Shown: positions 20,994-31,335, numbered from the stretch's first letter. The stretch: DNA of 64,000 nucleotides from an uncultured Ruminococcus sp. (GCA_964617585.1 CAZTXS010000007.1:11446-75445), one strand, 5' to 3'. Translations and numbers: made by a program. The notes: generated from the letters alone by a model not told the origin.

Positions 20994-22664
20994 ATGAAAA
21001 ATGTAAGTAAATACACCAGAGGATATTTTATGCCGCCTGAGCCTTGCTATGACTGGGTTAAAAAGGACTATATCGACAAGGCTCCTACATGGTGCAGCGT
21101 TGACCTAAGAGATGGAAATCAGGCTCTTATTATTCCGATGAGTTTAGAAGAAAAGCTTGAGTTCTGGAATTTCCTGATTAAAGTTGGTTTTAAGGAAATT
21201 GAAATCGGATTCCCTGCCGCAAGTGAAACGGAGTATGAGTTCTGCCGAACACTTATAGAAAAAAATCTTATTCCCGATGATGTTACCATTCAGGTTTTAA
21301 CGCAATCCCGTGAACATATCATAAAGAAAACCTTTGAAGCTCTTAAAGGCTGCAAGAACGCAGTTGTACATTTATATAACTCAACTTCTGTCGCTCAAAG
21401 AGAACAGGTATTTAAAAAGGACAAAAAGGATATTATAAAGATTGCTGTTGACGGTGCTAAACTTCTCAACGAATACAAAGCAAAAACTCCGGGCAAATTC
21501 AAATTTGAATATTCTCCTGAAAGCTTTACAGGAACAGAAATGGAGTTTGCACTTGAAATATGCAACGAAGTAATTGACATATGGAAACCTACTCCTGATA
21601 ACAAAGTCATTATAAACCTTCCTGTTACTGTCGAAATGTCTATGCCGCACGTCTATGCTTCTCAGGTTGAATATATGTGCAAGAACTTAAACAACCGTGA
21701 GAATGTTATAGTTTCACTCCATCCTCACAACGACAGAGGATGCGGCGTTGCCGACAGTGAAATGGGACTTCTTGCAGGTGCTGACAGAATTGAAGGAACT
21801 TTATTCGGAAACGGTGAAAGAACGGGTAATGTTGATATTGTAACAATGGCTCTTAATATGTTCTCCCATGGTGTTGACCCGGAGCTTAATTTTGAAAATC
21901 TTCCTGAAATTATAGAGGTTTATGAGCGTGTAACAAGAATGAAGGTTTATGAGCGTACTCCTTATTCAGGTTCATTGGTTTTTGCTGCATTCTCGGGCTC
22001 TCATCAGGACGCTATTGCAAAAGGCATGACGTGGCGTGAAACTAAAGATCCTGAGCACTGGTCTGTACCTTATCTTCCTATTGATCCTAAGGATATAGGA
22101 AGAGAGTATGAGGGTGATGTTATAAGAATAAACAGCCAGTCAGGAAAAGGCGGAATAGGCTATCTTCTTCAGCAACAATACGGATACGATCTGCCAAAGA
22201 AAATGAGAGAGGACTTCGGCTATGCGGTAAAGTCTGTTTCCGACCACAAGCATAAAGAGCTTATGCCGAACGAGGTCTATGACATTTTCTGCGAGAAGTA
22301 TATGAATATTGACTCTCCCGTTAAGGTTATTGAATCTCACTATATTCAACAGCCTGACGGAAAAATCACAGCCTTTGTCACTACGGATATAAAAGGAAAA
22401 GAAAGAGTAGGGACTTACCAGGCTGACGGAAACGGACGTCTTGACGCAGTTTCAAACGCTTTGAAACAAGCTTTGAATATTGATTTTTCTATTGAGGATT
22501 ATAATGAACATTCTTTGGAGAAAACATCTAAATCTCAGGCTGTTTCCTATGTCGGAATAGAGCATTGCGGAAAGGTTTACTGGGGTGCGGGAAGAGATAC
22601 TGATATTATTAATTCCTCAATTCTCGCATTGGTTTCGGCAATTAATAAAATTGTAAAGCTTTGA
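20994..22664 (+). CDS. leuA: 2-isopropylmalate synthase (long LeuA type)
   Basis: PTWCSVDLRDGNQAL, HPHNDRGCGVA and a C-terminal LeuA dimerisation/regulatory domain. GGAGG SD. Preceded by a Leu T-box. Confidence 0.9.
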   Translation: MKNVSKYTRGYFMPPEPCYDWVKKDYIDKAPTWCSVDLRDGNQALIIPMSLEEKLEFWNFLIKVGFKEIEIGFPAASETEYEFCRTLIEKNLIPDDVTIQVLTQSREHIIKKTFEALKGCKNAVVHLYNSTSVAQREQVFKKDKKDIIKIAVDGAKLLNEYKAKTPGKFKFEYSPESFTGTEMEFALEICNEVIDIWKPTPDNKVIINLPVTVEMSMPHVYASQVEYMCKNLNNRENVIVSLHPHNDRGCGVADSEMGLLAGADRIEGTLFGNGERTGNVDIVTMALNMFSHGVDPELNFENLPEIIEVYERVTRMKVYERTPYSGSLVFAAFSGSHQDAIAKGMTWRETKDPEHWSVPYLPIDPKDIGREYEGDVIRINSQSGKGGIGYLLQQQYGYDLPKKMREDFGYAVKSVSDHKHKELMPNEVYDIFCEKYMNIDSPVKVIESHYIQQPDGKITAFVTTDIKGKERVGTYQADGNGRLDAVSNALKQALNIDFSIEDYNEHSLEKTSKSQAVSYVGIEHCGKVYWGAGRDTDIINSSILALVSAINKIVKL

Positions 22665-22821
22665 TAACTCACTGCGATAGAAAATCCGACGCAGCAAATT
22701 TGAAGTCCGGGAATATTGATGCAAACAAAAGACACTTCACACATACCAACCATGAAAAAATAAGCCTAGCGGAACAGAGCAGCAATATTCTCGGCTTCAA
22801 TGTACGGCTCAGCAAAGGATT

Positions 22822-22840
22822 TTAATTGCAAAGCAATTAA
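22822..22840. promoter_or_regulatory. Perfect 8-3-8 palindrome, candidate operator
   Basis: TTAATTGC-AAA-GCAATTAA, 27 nt upstream of the ATG at 22868. Confidence 0.25.
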
Positions 22841-22867
22841 ATGCAGTATATTGTTTGGAGGTAATTA

Positions 22868-23446
22868 ATGAAGCATACTATATCACAAAAATGGAGAGAA
22901 ATAACAAAGACGCAGTACAATTTTGATAAAATGACAAAGGTTTTTATTATACTTCTCATTATTGTATTTAGTGCTGTGTTCGGATTTATCTATGAAACTT
23001 TATTTTACAGAGAAGATTTAGGGCATTTTGTAAAAAGAGGAACTACCTACGGTCCATGGATACCAATATACGGATTCGGAGGATTATTTATAGCTATAAT
23101 CGCATATCATTTTCGGAAAAATGCAGTAGTTGTGTTTCTTCTAAGTGCTCTGACATCAGGTATTCTTGAATTTTGTACGGGTTATTATTTATTTCATGTA
23201 CATAACATTCGTTTATGGGATTATAATACGGAAATCTGGAATTGGGGAAATATCGGAGGATATATATGTTTTCGTTCGGTAATATTTTTTGGAATATCCG
23301 GATTGTTTTTGGTGTATCTTGTTATTCCCTTCTTTCATTTTGCCGCAAACATATGTAACAAGTGGGTTTTCCGTTTAATGACAATCGTTTTATCTGCTTT
23401 ATTCTTTTTCGATATTATCATAAGCAACATATTTCCACGAGTGTGA
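22868..23446 (+). CDS. Polytopic membrane protein resembling the putative ABC-transporter type IV (CmpB-like) family
   Basis: FGFIYETLFY...YGPWIPIYGFGG motif and 4-5 TM helices. The family assignment is from memory of the Pfam PF06541 pattern. Confidence 0.5.
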   Translation: MKHTISQKWREITKTQYNFDKMTKVFIILLIIVFSAVFGFIYETLFYREDLGHFVKRGTTYGPWIPIYGFGGLFIAIIAYHFRKNAVVVFLLSALTSGILEFCTGYYLFHVHNIRLWDYNTEIWNWGNIGGYICFRSVIFFGISGLFLVYLVIPFFHFAANICNKWVFRLMTIVLSALFFFDIIISNIFPRV

Positions 23447-23510
23447 GAACTGAATTATAAATGTAAATACAACGAAAAAATTTTGAAACTATACAAAATC
23501 AATACCAGAG

Positions 23511-23647
23511 TATAACCTAGATAAGATATCCCCCTCTATAGGCGGCGGGTTCCATTACCCGGTCAGCAACGGGATACATCCCCTCTGACCGGCCGGTCTG
23601 CATTGCCGACCCTTGCCGCATTGAATAACGGACAAGCCCTTACTGAA
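23511..23647 (-). repeat. Modular intergenic repeat, copy C4 (L-M1-M2-R); the consensus reads on the - strand
   Basis: The + strand reads TATAACCTAGATAAGATATCCCCCTCTATAGGCGGCGGGTTCCATTACCCGGTCAGCAACGGGATACATCCCCTCTGACCGGCCGGTCTGCATTGCCGACCCTTGCCGCATTGAATAACGGACAAGCCCTTACTGAA. It lies between the stop at 23446 and the terminator at 23651. Confidence 0.9.
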
Positions 23648-23650
23648 CAA

Positions 23651-23688
23651 AAATCCGTTCTAAGCTCAACCGAGAACGGATTTTTTTA
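23651..23688 (+). terminator. Rho-independent terminator after gene 22868..23446 and repeat C4
   Basis: AATCCGTTCT...AGAACGGATT 10-bp stem followed by TTTTTTT. Confidence 0.65.
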
Positions 23689-23692
23689 TCTC

Positions 23693-23721
23693 TTGAAGCT
23701 ATGTAATAAAAGGTATATAAT
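23693..23721 (+). promoter_or_regulatory. Predicted sigma-A promoter of the VanY-like peptidase gene
   Basis: TTGAAG, a 17-nt spacer, then TATAAT. Confidence 0.5.
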
Positions 23722-23767
23722 AAGAATACAGGTAATAAATTAAAGGATTTTACCATATAAATAGGAA

Positions 23768-24736
23768 GTGATACTCATAAAGATAAAAATGTTTAAAGCT
23801 ATGATCGTCACAATTTTTACCTTGGGGGCGGCATTTATTATGGCAGACAGCGCTTATGACGACAACATCTTAAAAACAAACGCATTATCAGATGAAAATG
23901 ATATACAGCAAAGTTTATCTCTGAATCTCACCGCCGAGCTTACTGCAAACAGCCTGAAGCTGTCATGGAATAATATCGGCGGAGTTAAAAAATATGTAAT
24001 CCTCAGGAGCAGCAAAAAGAACGGTAAATACCAAAAAATAGGCTCTGTCGGCAAGGACGCAACTGTTTTTAAAGACAAGGGTTTTAAAGGTGAAAGGAAA
24101 ACCTACTACTATAAAATCAAGGCAGTTTTTCGTGCGAAGAAAAATAAAGAGCTTATATTTTCCAACGCAGTTAAAAAAACCGTTTACAAAAGAAAATCAA
24201 AGGTTGACGGAGTAACGTACATAGACGGAATTTTGATTGCAAACAAAACATATAAGCTTCCTAAAAGCTATAACCCCGGAACAAATAAAAAAGCCTACAA
24301 GGCTTTTAAGAAAATGCAGTACGCCGCTTTAAAAGACGGAATTAATTTGTATATTGCTTCAGGCTTTCGTTCATATTCCTATCAGAAAAAGCTTTATAAC
24401 AGTTATGTAGCTGCCGACGGCAAAAAAACAGCCGATACATATTCAGCCCGGGCAGGACATTCTGAGCATCAAACAGGACTTGCATTTGATATAAACAGAC
24501 CTGACAGCTCGTTTGACAATACAAAGGAAGCCTTGTGGCTTGCGGAAAATTGCGCTAAATACGGCTTTATTATAAGATATGAAAAGTCAAAGGAAAGCAT
24601 AACCGGCTATAAATACGAATCATGGCATATCAGATATTTAGGAAAAAGCCTTGCCGAAGATGTTACTAAAAGCGGAAAATGTCTGGAGGAATATTTAGGC
24701 ATTACTTCAAAATATAAAAAGAAACAGAGCTGTTAA
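23768..24736 (+). CDS. M15B-family D-alanyl-D-alanine carboxypeptidase (VanY-like) with an N-terminal signal/anchor and an Fn3-like domain
   Basis: SGFRSYSYQKKLY...AGHSEHQTGLAFDI...ESWHIRYLG zinc-peptidase motifs. The start is uncertain (GTG 23768 or ATG 23789). Confidence 0.8.
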   Translation: MILIKIKMFKAMIVTIFTLGAAFIMADSAYDDNILKTNALSDENDIQQSLSLNLTAELTANSLKLSWNNIGGVKKYVILRSSKKNGKYQKIGSVGKDATVFKDKGFKGERKTYYYKIKAVFRAKKNKELIFSNAVKKTVYKRKSKVDGVTYIDGILIANKTYKLPKSYNPGTNKKAYKAFKKMQYAALKDGINLYIASGFRSYSYQKKLYNSYVAADGKKTADTYSARAGHSEHQTGLAFDINRPDSSFDNTKEALWLAENCAKYGFIIRYEKSKESITGYKYESWHIRYLGKSLAEDVTKSGKCLEEYLGITSKYKKKQSC

Positions 24737-24745
24737 GCAAAAAGG

Positions 24746-24778
24746 CCCGCAGGTTTTCTGCGGGTTTAATTTATTTTT
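24746..24778 (+). terminator. Rho-independent terminator after the VanY-like gene
   Basis: CCCGCAG-GTTTT-CTGCGGG followed by the T-rich tract TTTAATTTATTTTT. Confidence 0.6.
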
Positions 24779-24904
24779 GAATTTATTCCAAAGCGCTTGC
24801 AGCCGACTCAATAATTGCCATGATGGCTGCTAAAGCCTGTGTTTTGACAGTCAGCTTAATTTTTGCGATTTTTAAGACGGCAGTTAATCACCTTTTCTTT
24901 AGGT

Positions 24905-25453
24905 TTAATAATCAGCGTTTTTATCAAGACTTCTTATATACGCAAAGGTTTCTTCCTCGCCCTTTTGAGCAAGCATGACAAGAAGCGATTCAATAAGATC
25001 GGATGTTTCCGGATGAATCATACGCTTTGATTTTCCGCCCAGAAAGTATTCAAGCGGATGATTGTCATTATAGTTTTTACCCTGATACACCTTGCTTGCC
25101 GCGACTCGGTCGCAGAACATTTCAATAACATATCTCATGGGCATTTTTACGGGAGCAAGCTTCCTTTCGGTTTTGCTGTAATCAGTCCAGTATTCAAAAT
25201 GATGCTTGTTCCTACCCTTATGGTGCATCCAGGCTCTCGAGTATCCGCACTTTTCACGTTCGCCTTCGTTTGGACTTTTATTTCCCAAATAATATTTAGC
25301 TCCGGCTGAAAATTCAGTCGGTGAATATTTTGACAGGTCGTGACGCAAACCCTGCCACAAAATCCCCGACTTTGCGCAATTTATTATCACCTTGTGCCTG
25401 TGTTTAGTTACGGTTAAAAAATGTTTCCAAGCTTTAAACGGCAAACGATTCAC
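24905..25453 (-). CDS. Conserved hypothetical protein (resembles the DUF5662 family, which is often mis-annotated as catalase)
   Basis: 182 aa, soluble and His-rich (HRHK, HDLSKYSP, WMHHKGRNKHHFEYW). The family name is recalled from memory only. Confidence 0.35.
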   Translation of the reverse strand: MNRLPFKAWKHFLTVTKHRHKVIINCAKSGILWQGLRHDLSKYSPTEFSAGAKYYLGNKSPNEGEREKCGYSRAWMHHKGRNKHHFEYWTDYSKTERKLAPVKMPMRYVIEMFCDRVAASKVYQGKNYNDNHPLEYFLGGKSKRMIHPETSDLIESLLVMLAQKGEEETFAYIRSLDKNADY

Positions 25454-25656
25454 CTCTTTTGCGAAATATACTGTATTTATTCTATCACAGAAACATTAAA
25501 AAAGCAATTTAACTTCGGTATTTTGCCGCCGTATTATTTATGATTGTAATTTAACACATACGCCTGCAACTTGACACTTATATATAATTATTGTATAATT
25601 TTTAATTGAAGTATAAGTTAAATACTCATATTTTAGGAGTAAAAGAAGGGGTTTTA

Positions 25657-26238
25657 ATGCACCAAATATTTTGGGGACTTTTGTTTTTGTTGTTTGATAT
25701 TAACGTTTCCTCTCACAGCATTGACGTTCTTCCTGACTTTATAGGCTGGATACTTATAGCTGTCGGTATGAAAAAGCTGTCGCAGCATTCCAAAGTTTTT
25801 AACGGCATGACCGTTATGGGAATAATAATGACTTTGATAAGCGCTTTTCAGACCGTTATTTATTTTTTAGGGGAAAAAAGGTTCGCATATACATATGCTG
25901 CAAAACAATTCTCCGTAAGCAATTCGGATTCAGTTTTTATTATTAACACCGCATTCTGGATTTTGAAATTGTCGGCGCTTACTATAGCGGTTCTTGCGCT
26001 TGCTAAAATAAAAGACAGAATCAGCGACACAAAAAGCATCAAAAGATTCAGATGCGTTTGGTTTTCGGCGTTGGGAATTGAAATTTTCGCTTATCTATAC
26101 AGGAATCTGATTATGAGTTATCTTCCTGAATCGGCTCAAAAAGCCGTTATTCAGATTTTAGTTATAGGAGTTATATTTTTCAAAATCTGGTTTCTGTTTG
26201 ATGAATTTAAAATTGCCAAGGATTATAAGCCGTATTAA
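25657..26238 (+). CDS. Hypothetical polytopic membrane protein upstream of the GT2/YfhO pair
   Basis: About 6 TM helices. The start is moved to ATG 25657, which has GAAGGGG 5 nt upstream. No family recognised. Confidence 0.45.
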   Translation: MHQIFWGLLFLLFDINVSSHSIDVLPDFIGWILIAVGMKKLSQHSKVFNGMTVMGIIMTLISAFQTVIYFLGEKRFAYTYAAKQFSVSNSDSVFIINTAFWILKLSALTIAVLALAKIKDRISDTKSIKRFRCVWFSALGIEIFAYLYRNLIMSYLPESAQKAVIQILVIGVIFFKIWFLFDEFKIAKDYKPY

Positions 26239-26255
26239 TATAAGGGGGAAGTAAA

Positions 26256-27185
26256 ATGCTGTCTGTAATTATACCCAGCTATAATGAAGAAAAAAATATC
26301 GAAAACACAGCGAACGTCGTATCAGAAATTATGAAAAAAAACGATATAGATTATGAACTTGTTTTCGTAAACGACGGTTCAAAGGACAAAACGTGGGAAA
26401 TTATTTCACGGCTGGCAGATGAGCGTGATAGCATTTCAGGAGTTAATTTTTCAAGAAACTTCGGAAAAGAAAGCGCAATTTTCGCAGGCTTGAAAGAAGC
26501 TAAGGGCGACGCCTGTGTTTTAATGGACTGCGATCTTCAGCACCCTCCGCAGGTTATTGTTGAAATGTATAAGATTTGGAAAAATAACTATGATATTGAC
26601 GTTGTTGAAGGGCGGAAATCAGACAGAGGTAAAGAAAATCCCGTTTACAAATGCTTTTCTCTATTGTTTTATAAATTAATAAAAAGCGCCTCAGGGCTTG
26701 ATATGAAAGCGGCTTCCGACTTTAAGCTACTGGACAGGAAGGTTGTTGACAGCTTAAACGAAATGCCTGAGCGTCTGACCTTTTTCAGAGCGATGTCAAG
26801 TTGGGTAGGCTTTAACACTCAAACCGTTTATTTTGAGGTAGCTGAACGTCATGACGGCGAGTCAAAATGGTCGCTGAAGTCGCTTATAAAGTATGCAGTA
26901 AATTCTATATCGTCATTCACGTCGGCTCCGCTTCACATAGTCACCGTAATAGGCTTTATTATGCTTCTCTGTTCTGTTGTACTCGGTGTTCAGACTCTGT
27001 GGAGATTCGTCCACGGAAGCAGCGAGGGCTTCACGACGGTTATACTCTTGATTCTGCTTACCTCAAGCCTTATAATGATAAGCTTAGGCATAATAGGCTT
27101 TTATCTTTCTAAAATCTACGAAGAAATCAAATGCAGACCCAGATATATCATATCAGACAGAAAAAAGAGCGGCAACCTAAAATAA
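26256..27185 (+). CDS. GT2 polyprenyl-phosphate glycosyltransferase (CsbB/GtrB/ArnC-like)
   Basis: LSVIIPSYNEE, VFVNDGSKD, a DCDLQHPP DXD region and two C-terminal TM helices, typical of C55-P sugar synthases. Confidence 0.8.
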   Translation: MLSVIIPSYNEEKNIENTANVVSEIMKKNDIDYELVFVNDGSKDKTWEIISRLADERDSISGVNFSRNFGKESAIFAGLKEAKGDACVLMDCDLQHPPQVIVEMYKIWKNNYDIDVVEGRKSDRGKENPVYKCFSLLFYKLIKSASGLDMKAASDFKLLDRKVVDSLNEMPERLTFFRAMSSWVGFNTQTVYFEVAERHDGESKWSLKSLIKYAVNSISSFTSAPLHIVTVIGFIMLLCSVVLGVQTLWRFVHGSSEGFTTVILLILLTSSLIMISLGIIGFYLSKIYEEIKCRPRYIISDRKKSGNLK

Positions 27186-27206
27186 TGTTTTTCAGGAGCG
27201 TGCTTC

Positions 27207-30047
27207 ATGAGTAAAAATGAAAAAGCAAATTTAATACCTCCCCGAGGCTCTTCACTGAAACGCAGAAAAAGCTTCAGACAATGGTTATATGAGCATAGGA
27301 TTTATCTGCTCGTATTTATCATTCCGTTTGCGCTTATGTATGTAGTCTACGCTGTATTCAAGGTGCATCCCTGGGGAGATAACTCGGTTCTGGTGCTTGA
27401 CCTGAACGGACAGTACATTTATTACTATGAGGCTTTAAGGGACGCTTTTTGGGGCGATGGAAGCTTTATTTATAGCTGGAACAGAAATCTTTCGGGAGAG
27501 ATGTTCGGCATATTTGCCTATTATCTTTTAAGCCCGTTTATGCTCATTATATGCCTGCTGCCGAGAACAATGATGTGCGGAGCTATAGAGCTTGTCCAGC
27601 TTCTTAAAATCGGCGCTGCGGCTGTAACCTTTGCGTTTTTTATAAGAAAAAGCTTCAAGCCTAAGAACACAACTGTTGTTATTTTTTCAACCTGTTATGC
27701 TCTTATGACATATATGGTCGTTGAGCTTATGGATCTTATGTGGCTTGACGGGCTTATTTATCTCCCCGTCATATGCTTCGGCGTTTCAAAGCTTGTCGAC
27801 AAAGGCAGAACGCTTTATCTGATTATACCGCTTGCTCTTATGTTTATAGCTCATTTTTACATCGGTTATATGGTGGGCATTTTCACCGGGTTTTATTTTC
27901 TTTATTATCTCTTCGCAACAAAAACCAAGCTTAACGCAAGCGCTGTAATCAAGAGAATTTTAAAATTCGCCTTTTCGGCAATAATTGCCGTAATGCTCGC
28001 CTGTATAGTTATAATACCTGTATATAAATCGCTCAGCTTAGGAAAGCTTGAATTCAGCGCTCCTGACTTTTCTCTGAAAAGCCAGTTTAACGTTCTTGAC
28101 TTCTTCACCAAGCTCTTTCCAATGAGCTATGACACGGTGCGTCCCGAGGGACTGCCGATGATTTTCTGCGGAACGCTGACGCTTATTATGACGCCGTTGT
28201 TTTTCCTTAACAGAAAAATCAGATTAAAACAAAAATTCGGACTCGGAGCGTTGGCTGTAATACTTTTTATCAGTATGTACATTGCTCCTGCAGATATTGC
28301 ATGGCACGGTTTTCAGGTTCCCAACTGGCTGCCCTACAGATATTCGTTTGCATTTTCATTCGTGATATTGCTCATGGCGGTAAACACCTTTGAACGCTTA
28401 GACGGCATAAGTCTGAAAGCGGTCGGCGGAACGGTTTTCGGTCTGATTTGCTTTTTGGTTTATTGTGAAACCATTGATATGGTAAGCTTTACAACCGTTT
28501 CCGAAAAAACGCTCGACGACGGAACTATCAGCAGCCGGATCGGAGGAATCTGGTTCTCTGCAATAATGCTGGCGGCATATTTTATTCTGATTGCGATGTT
28601 AAAGAAAAAGAATAAAAAGTGGGTTTCGGTTATTATTGCCGGAGTTGTTTTCGCCGAGCTTTATCTTGTTTCTTACGATACCTTAGAAAAAATCGATACG
28701 GACGTAGCCTACAGCAAATACACTTCCTATGAAAGCTATATGTCGGATATGAGGGATATTGTAGATACTATTCAAAGCAGCGATGAATCATTCTACAGAA
28801 TGGAAAAAACCTTTGACCGAACCGTTTGCGACCCTATAGGAATGGGTTATGCAGGTATTTCACATTCATCCTCAACAATGAACACCAAAGCTCTGCTGTT
28901 TCTGAGAAATTTGGGTTACGGTTACGGGGGTAACTTCACCTGCTACAACGGCTCAACCTATTTAAACGATTCGCTCTTCGGACTAAAATATATTATCGGC
29001 AAAGACGATGATCTTTGGTCTTCCTACTGCGGAACTAAAATAGAAAACATTCCTGAAAGCTATACAAAAGTCAGGGATTTCAAAATTGCAAATGAGCTTG
29101 AAAACGGAACGGTAACCCAGTACGAAAATCCTTACGCTTTATCTGTAGGCTTCCAGGCTGATATAGGCGTATGCCGCATAGAGCTTGACAACTCGAATCC
29201 GTTTGAAAATCAAAACGTGGTTTTCAACTCAATTACCGCAAACAGCTCGCTTTCTCAGACGACGCCTATACTCAACCCTCTCAAATACACTGTAGCGGAG
29301 TATTATAATGTCGAGTCCGAGCCTTACGGCGACCTGACAAGATATTATAACTCCGGAGAGGAAAACTCAGAAAGTCACATTGATTATCTGATAAGAGTCG
29401 AAAACGAAGGTCCGGTTTATATATACTTCCCTACTACTTATGAAAAGTCCTGCAATATCTGGTATTATGACGAAAATGAGTTTCAGCAGTATATTGCTGA
29501 AAACGACACGGAACCGGCTATGGATTTCGCAGGAAGCTATTTTGAGGGCGATGACTATAAAATTCTCAATCTTGGAGAATTTGAAGCAGGGAAAACAATA
29601 AGGCTCAGAGTTACCATTAACAAAGAAGCCTTCTGGACAAGCGAGCTTTTTTACACTATTGATTTTTCCGCGTTTACCGAGGCTGTAAACGCTATCAAGC
29701 AAAACGAACTCAATGTTACTGAATACACCGACAGAAGTCTGAAAGGTACTATTGAAATCAGCGGAAGCAATAAGGTTATGCTTACTACTATTCCTTACGA
29801 AGAAGGATGGAAAATCACAGTGGACGGCAAAAAGGCTGAAGCGGTATGCGCTTTTGATTCCATGACAGCAATAAAGCTGGACGAAGGAAGTCACACAATA
29901 GAAATGACGTTTATGCCCGATTACTTTATAATAGCTGTTATAATCTCTCTAGCCGGCTTAGTTATCTGCCTTGTAATATCGGTTTTTGAATACAAGGACG
30001 GCTTAATAAAAAACAGGATAAAAAGAAAATTCTCTAAAGAGAAATAA
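27207..30047 (+). CDS. YfhO-family GT-C membrane glycosyltransferase
   Basis: 946 aa with more than 12 N-terminal TM helices, a large extracytoplasmic C-terminal domain and a terminal TM. It sits immediately after a CsbB-like GT2, matching the B. subtilis csbB-yfhO arrangement. Confidence 0.7.
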   Translation: MSKNEKANLIPPRGSSLKRRKSFRQWLYEHRIYLLVFIIPFALMYVVYAVFKVHPWGDNSVLVLDLNGQYIYYYEALRDAFWGDGSFIYSWNRNLSGEMFGIFAYYLLSPFMLIICLLPRTMMCGAIELVQLLKIGAAAVTFAFFIRKSFKPKNTTVVIFSTCYALMTYMVVELMDLMWLDGLIYLPVICFGVSKLVDKGRTLYLIIPLALMFIAHFYIGYMVGIFTGFYFLYYLFATKTKLNASAVIKRILKFAFSAIIAVMLACIVIIPVYKSLSLGKLEFSAPDFSLKSQFNVLDFFTKLFPMSYDTVRPEGLPMIFCGTLTLIMTPLFFLNRKIRLKQKFGLGALAVILFISMYIAPADIAWHGFQVPNWLPYRYSFAFSFVILLMAVNTFERLDGISLKAVGGTVFGLICFLVYCETIDMVSFTTVSEKTLDDGTISSRIGGIWFSAIMLAAYFILIAMLKKKNKKWVSVIIAGVVFAELYLVSYDTLEKIDTDVAYSKYTSYESYMSDMRDIVDTIQSSDESFYRMEKTFDRTVCDPIGMGYAGISHSSSTMNTKALLFLRNLGYGYGGNFTCYNGSTYLNDSLFGLKYIIGKDDDLWSSYCGTKIENIPESYTKVRDFKIANELENGTVTQYENPYALSVGFQADIGVCRIELDNSNPFENQNVVFNSITANSSLSQTTPILNPLKYTVAEYYNVESEPYGDLTRYYNSGEENSESHIDYLIRVENEGPVYIYFPTTYEKSCNIWYYDENEFQQYIAENDTEPAMDFAGSYFEGDDYKILNLGEFEAGKTIRLRVTINKEAFWTSELFYTIDFSAFTEAVNAIKQNELNVTEYTDRSLKGTIEISGSNKVMLTTIPYEEGWKITVDGKKAEAVCAFDSMTAIKLDEGSHTIEMTFMPDYFIIAVIISLAGLVICLVISVFEYKDGLIKNRIKRKFSKEK

Positions 30048-30118
30048 ATTGATAAATAGTCTTTAGTTTCGGCATATATCTTCGTTGACATGAAAAAGTT
30101 AATAAGAGTATTATTATA

Positions 30119-30152
30119 ACAGGAGGAATTATTCCCTCCTGTTTTGTTTTAT
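30119..30152 (+). terminator. Rho-independent terminator after the YfhO gene
   Basis: ACAGGAGGAAT...ATTCCCTCCTGT stem with one bulge, followed by TTTTGTTTT. Confidence 0.6.
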
Positions 30153-30250
30153 TTTTATATATTTTTATATTTTCAGTGTAGAAATTTTAGGAGGTAACTT
30201 TTCGGGTCTGAAAAATTGCTTTAATCAGACTTCGGGGATGTTAAGAAAGG

Positions 30251-31066
30251 ATGGACGACAAAATGAAAAAAAAACTTACTTATGGCGACGGAGCGCCCCT
30301 TGCACTTGCGGTTTTTGCCGTAATAATGAGCGGAGCGGCATTGTTTTCGGAATTTATCGGACGCACAGTATTCAATTATTTCTTTGACGAAAAACGAAGC
30401 TACATATTAAGCTCGGGAAAATATATGTTCTTCCAGAATTACGGACGTGTATTGACCGTATTTGTGCTGTCGGTTTCGTTTTGCTTTATACTTCTCAAAT
30501 CGAGAAAAAAGAAATGCGTAAGCTCTCATGAATGTGCGGTAGTTATACTGACTTCGTCAACCTTGGGAGCGTATTCGTTTATGCAGCTCGGTCACGAGCT
30601 TAAAACAGGCAGCTTTCTTGATTTTTCAGGACTCAACGACTCAGAGCTTTTCATATCGCTTTTCAGATACTGTGTTGAAGCGTTTACAATACTTCCCGCT
30701 GTTTTTTTAATTCTCTCCACGTTGACTATGCTTGCCAGACTGTCAACGGAAACATTCAGAGTCAAGGTTGAAAAACAGCTTCCTCTTGTATTTGAAGTCG
30801 ATAACAGCGAGTCCGTTACGGTTGAAGGCATAAAAAGCGTTGTAGAAGAAATCAAGCCTAATAATGATTCTTCAGGCTCTGCGTCCGAAAGCAAAGCAGA
30901 CGGCGGCAATCAGCTTCTTGAAATGATTAAGGATGCTGAAATTGAAAACAGCGATGATGATTTAACGTCAATTTCCGATTCTGAACAATGCGTACAGCCG
31001 GATGAAGCCGAGCTTGAAAATCAGGTTTCATTTGAAAGCCTTAATCAGCCGGCTGCGCAAGGATAA
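30251..31066 (+). CDS. Hypothetical membrane protein with an acidic C-terminal tail
   Basis: 4-5 TM helices followed by a low-complexity D/E/S-rich tail. No family recognised. Confidence 0.4.
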   Translation: MDDKMKKKLTYGDGAPLALAVFAVIMSGAALFSEFIGRTVFNYFFDEKRSYILSSGKYMFFQNYGRVLTVFVLSVSFCFILLKSRKKKCVSSHECAVVILTSSTLGAYSFMQLGHELKTGSFLDFSGLNDSELFISLFRYCVEAFTILPAVFLILSTLTMLARLSTETFRVKVEKQLPLVFEVDNSESVTVEGIKSVVEEIKPNNDSSGSASESKADGGNQLLEMIKDAEIENSDDDLTSISDSEQCVQPDEAELENQVSFESLNQPAAQG

Positions 31067-31119
31067 GCTTTAGGCTGATTCTCCGTCAAAGACTCTTCTT
31101 AAAATTAATACAGGTTTTT

Positions 31120-31146
31120 AGGGTATCTTTCGATGCCCTTTCTTTT
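31120..31146 (+). terminator. Rho-independent terminator directly abutting repeat copy C5
   Basis: AGGGTATC-TTTC-GATGCCCT followed by TTCTTTTT. The repeat starts at the next base. Confidence 0.5.
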
Positions 31147-31288
31147 TATAATTTAAGCAAGATGTCCCCCCGCCTCTATAGACGGCGGATTCCATTACCC
31201 GGTCACTAGTGAGATACAATCCCCTACTGACCGGCTGGTCGGCATTGCCACCCTTCCCACGTTGAATGACAGGCAAGCACTTATTGAA
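31147..31288 (-). repeat. Modular intergenic repeat, copy C5 (L-M1-M2-R); the consensus reads on the - strand
   Basis: The + strand reads TATAATTTAAGCAAGATGTCCCCCCGCCTCTATAGACGGCGGATTCCATTACCCGGTCACTAGTGAGATACAATCCCCTACTGACCGGCTGGTCGGCATTGCCACCCTTCCCACGTTGAATGACAGGCAAGCACTTATTGAA. It lies 48 nt upstream of asnB. Confidence 0.9.
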
Positions 31289-31335
31289 ATCACCTGTTTT
31301 TAATTTCATACATATAATATTACGAGGTGATTATT

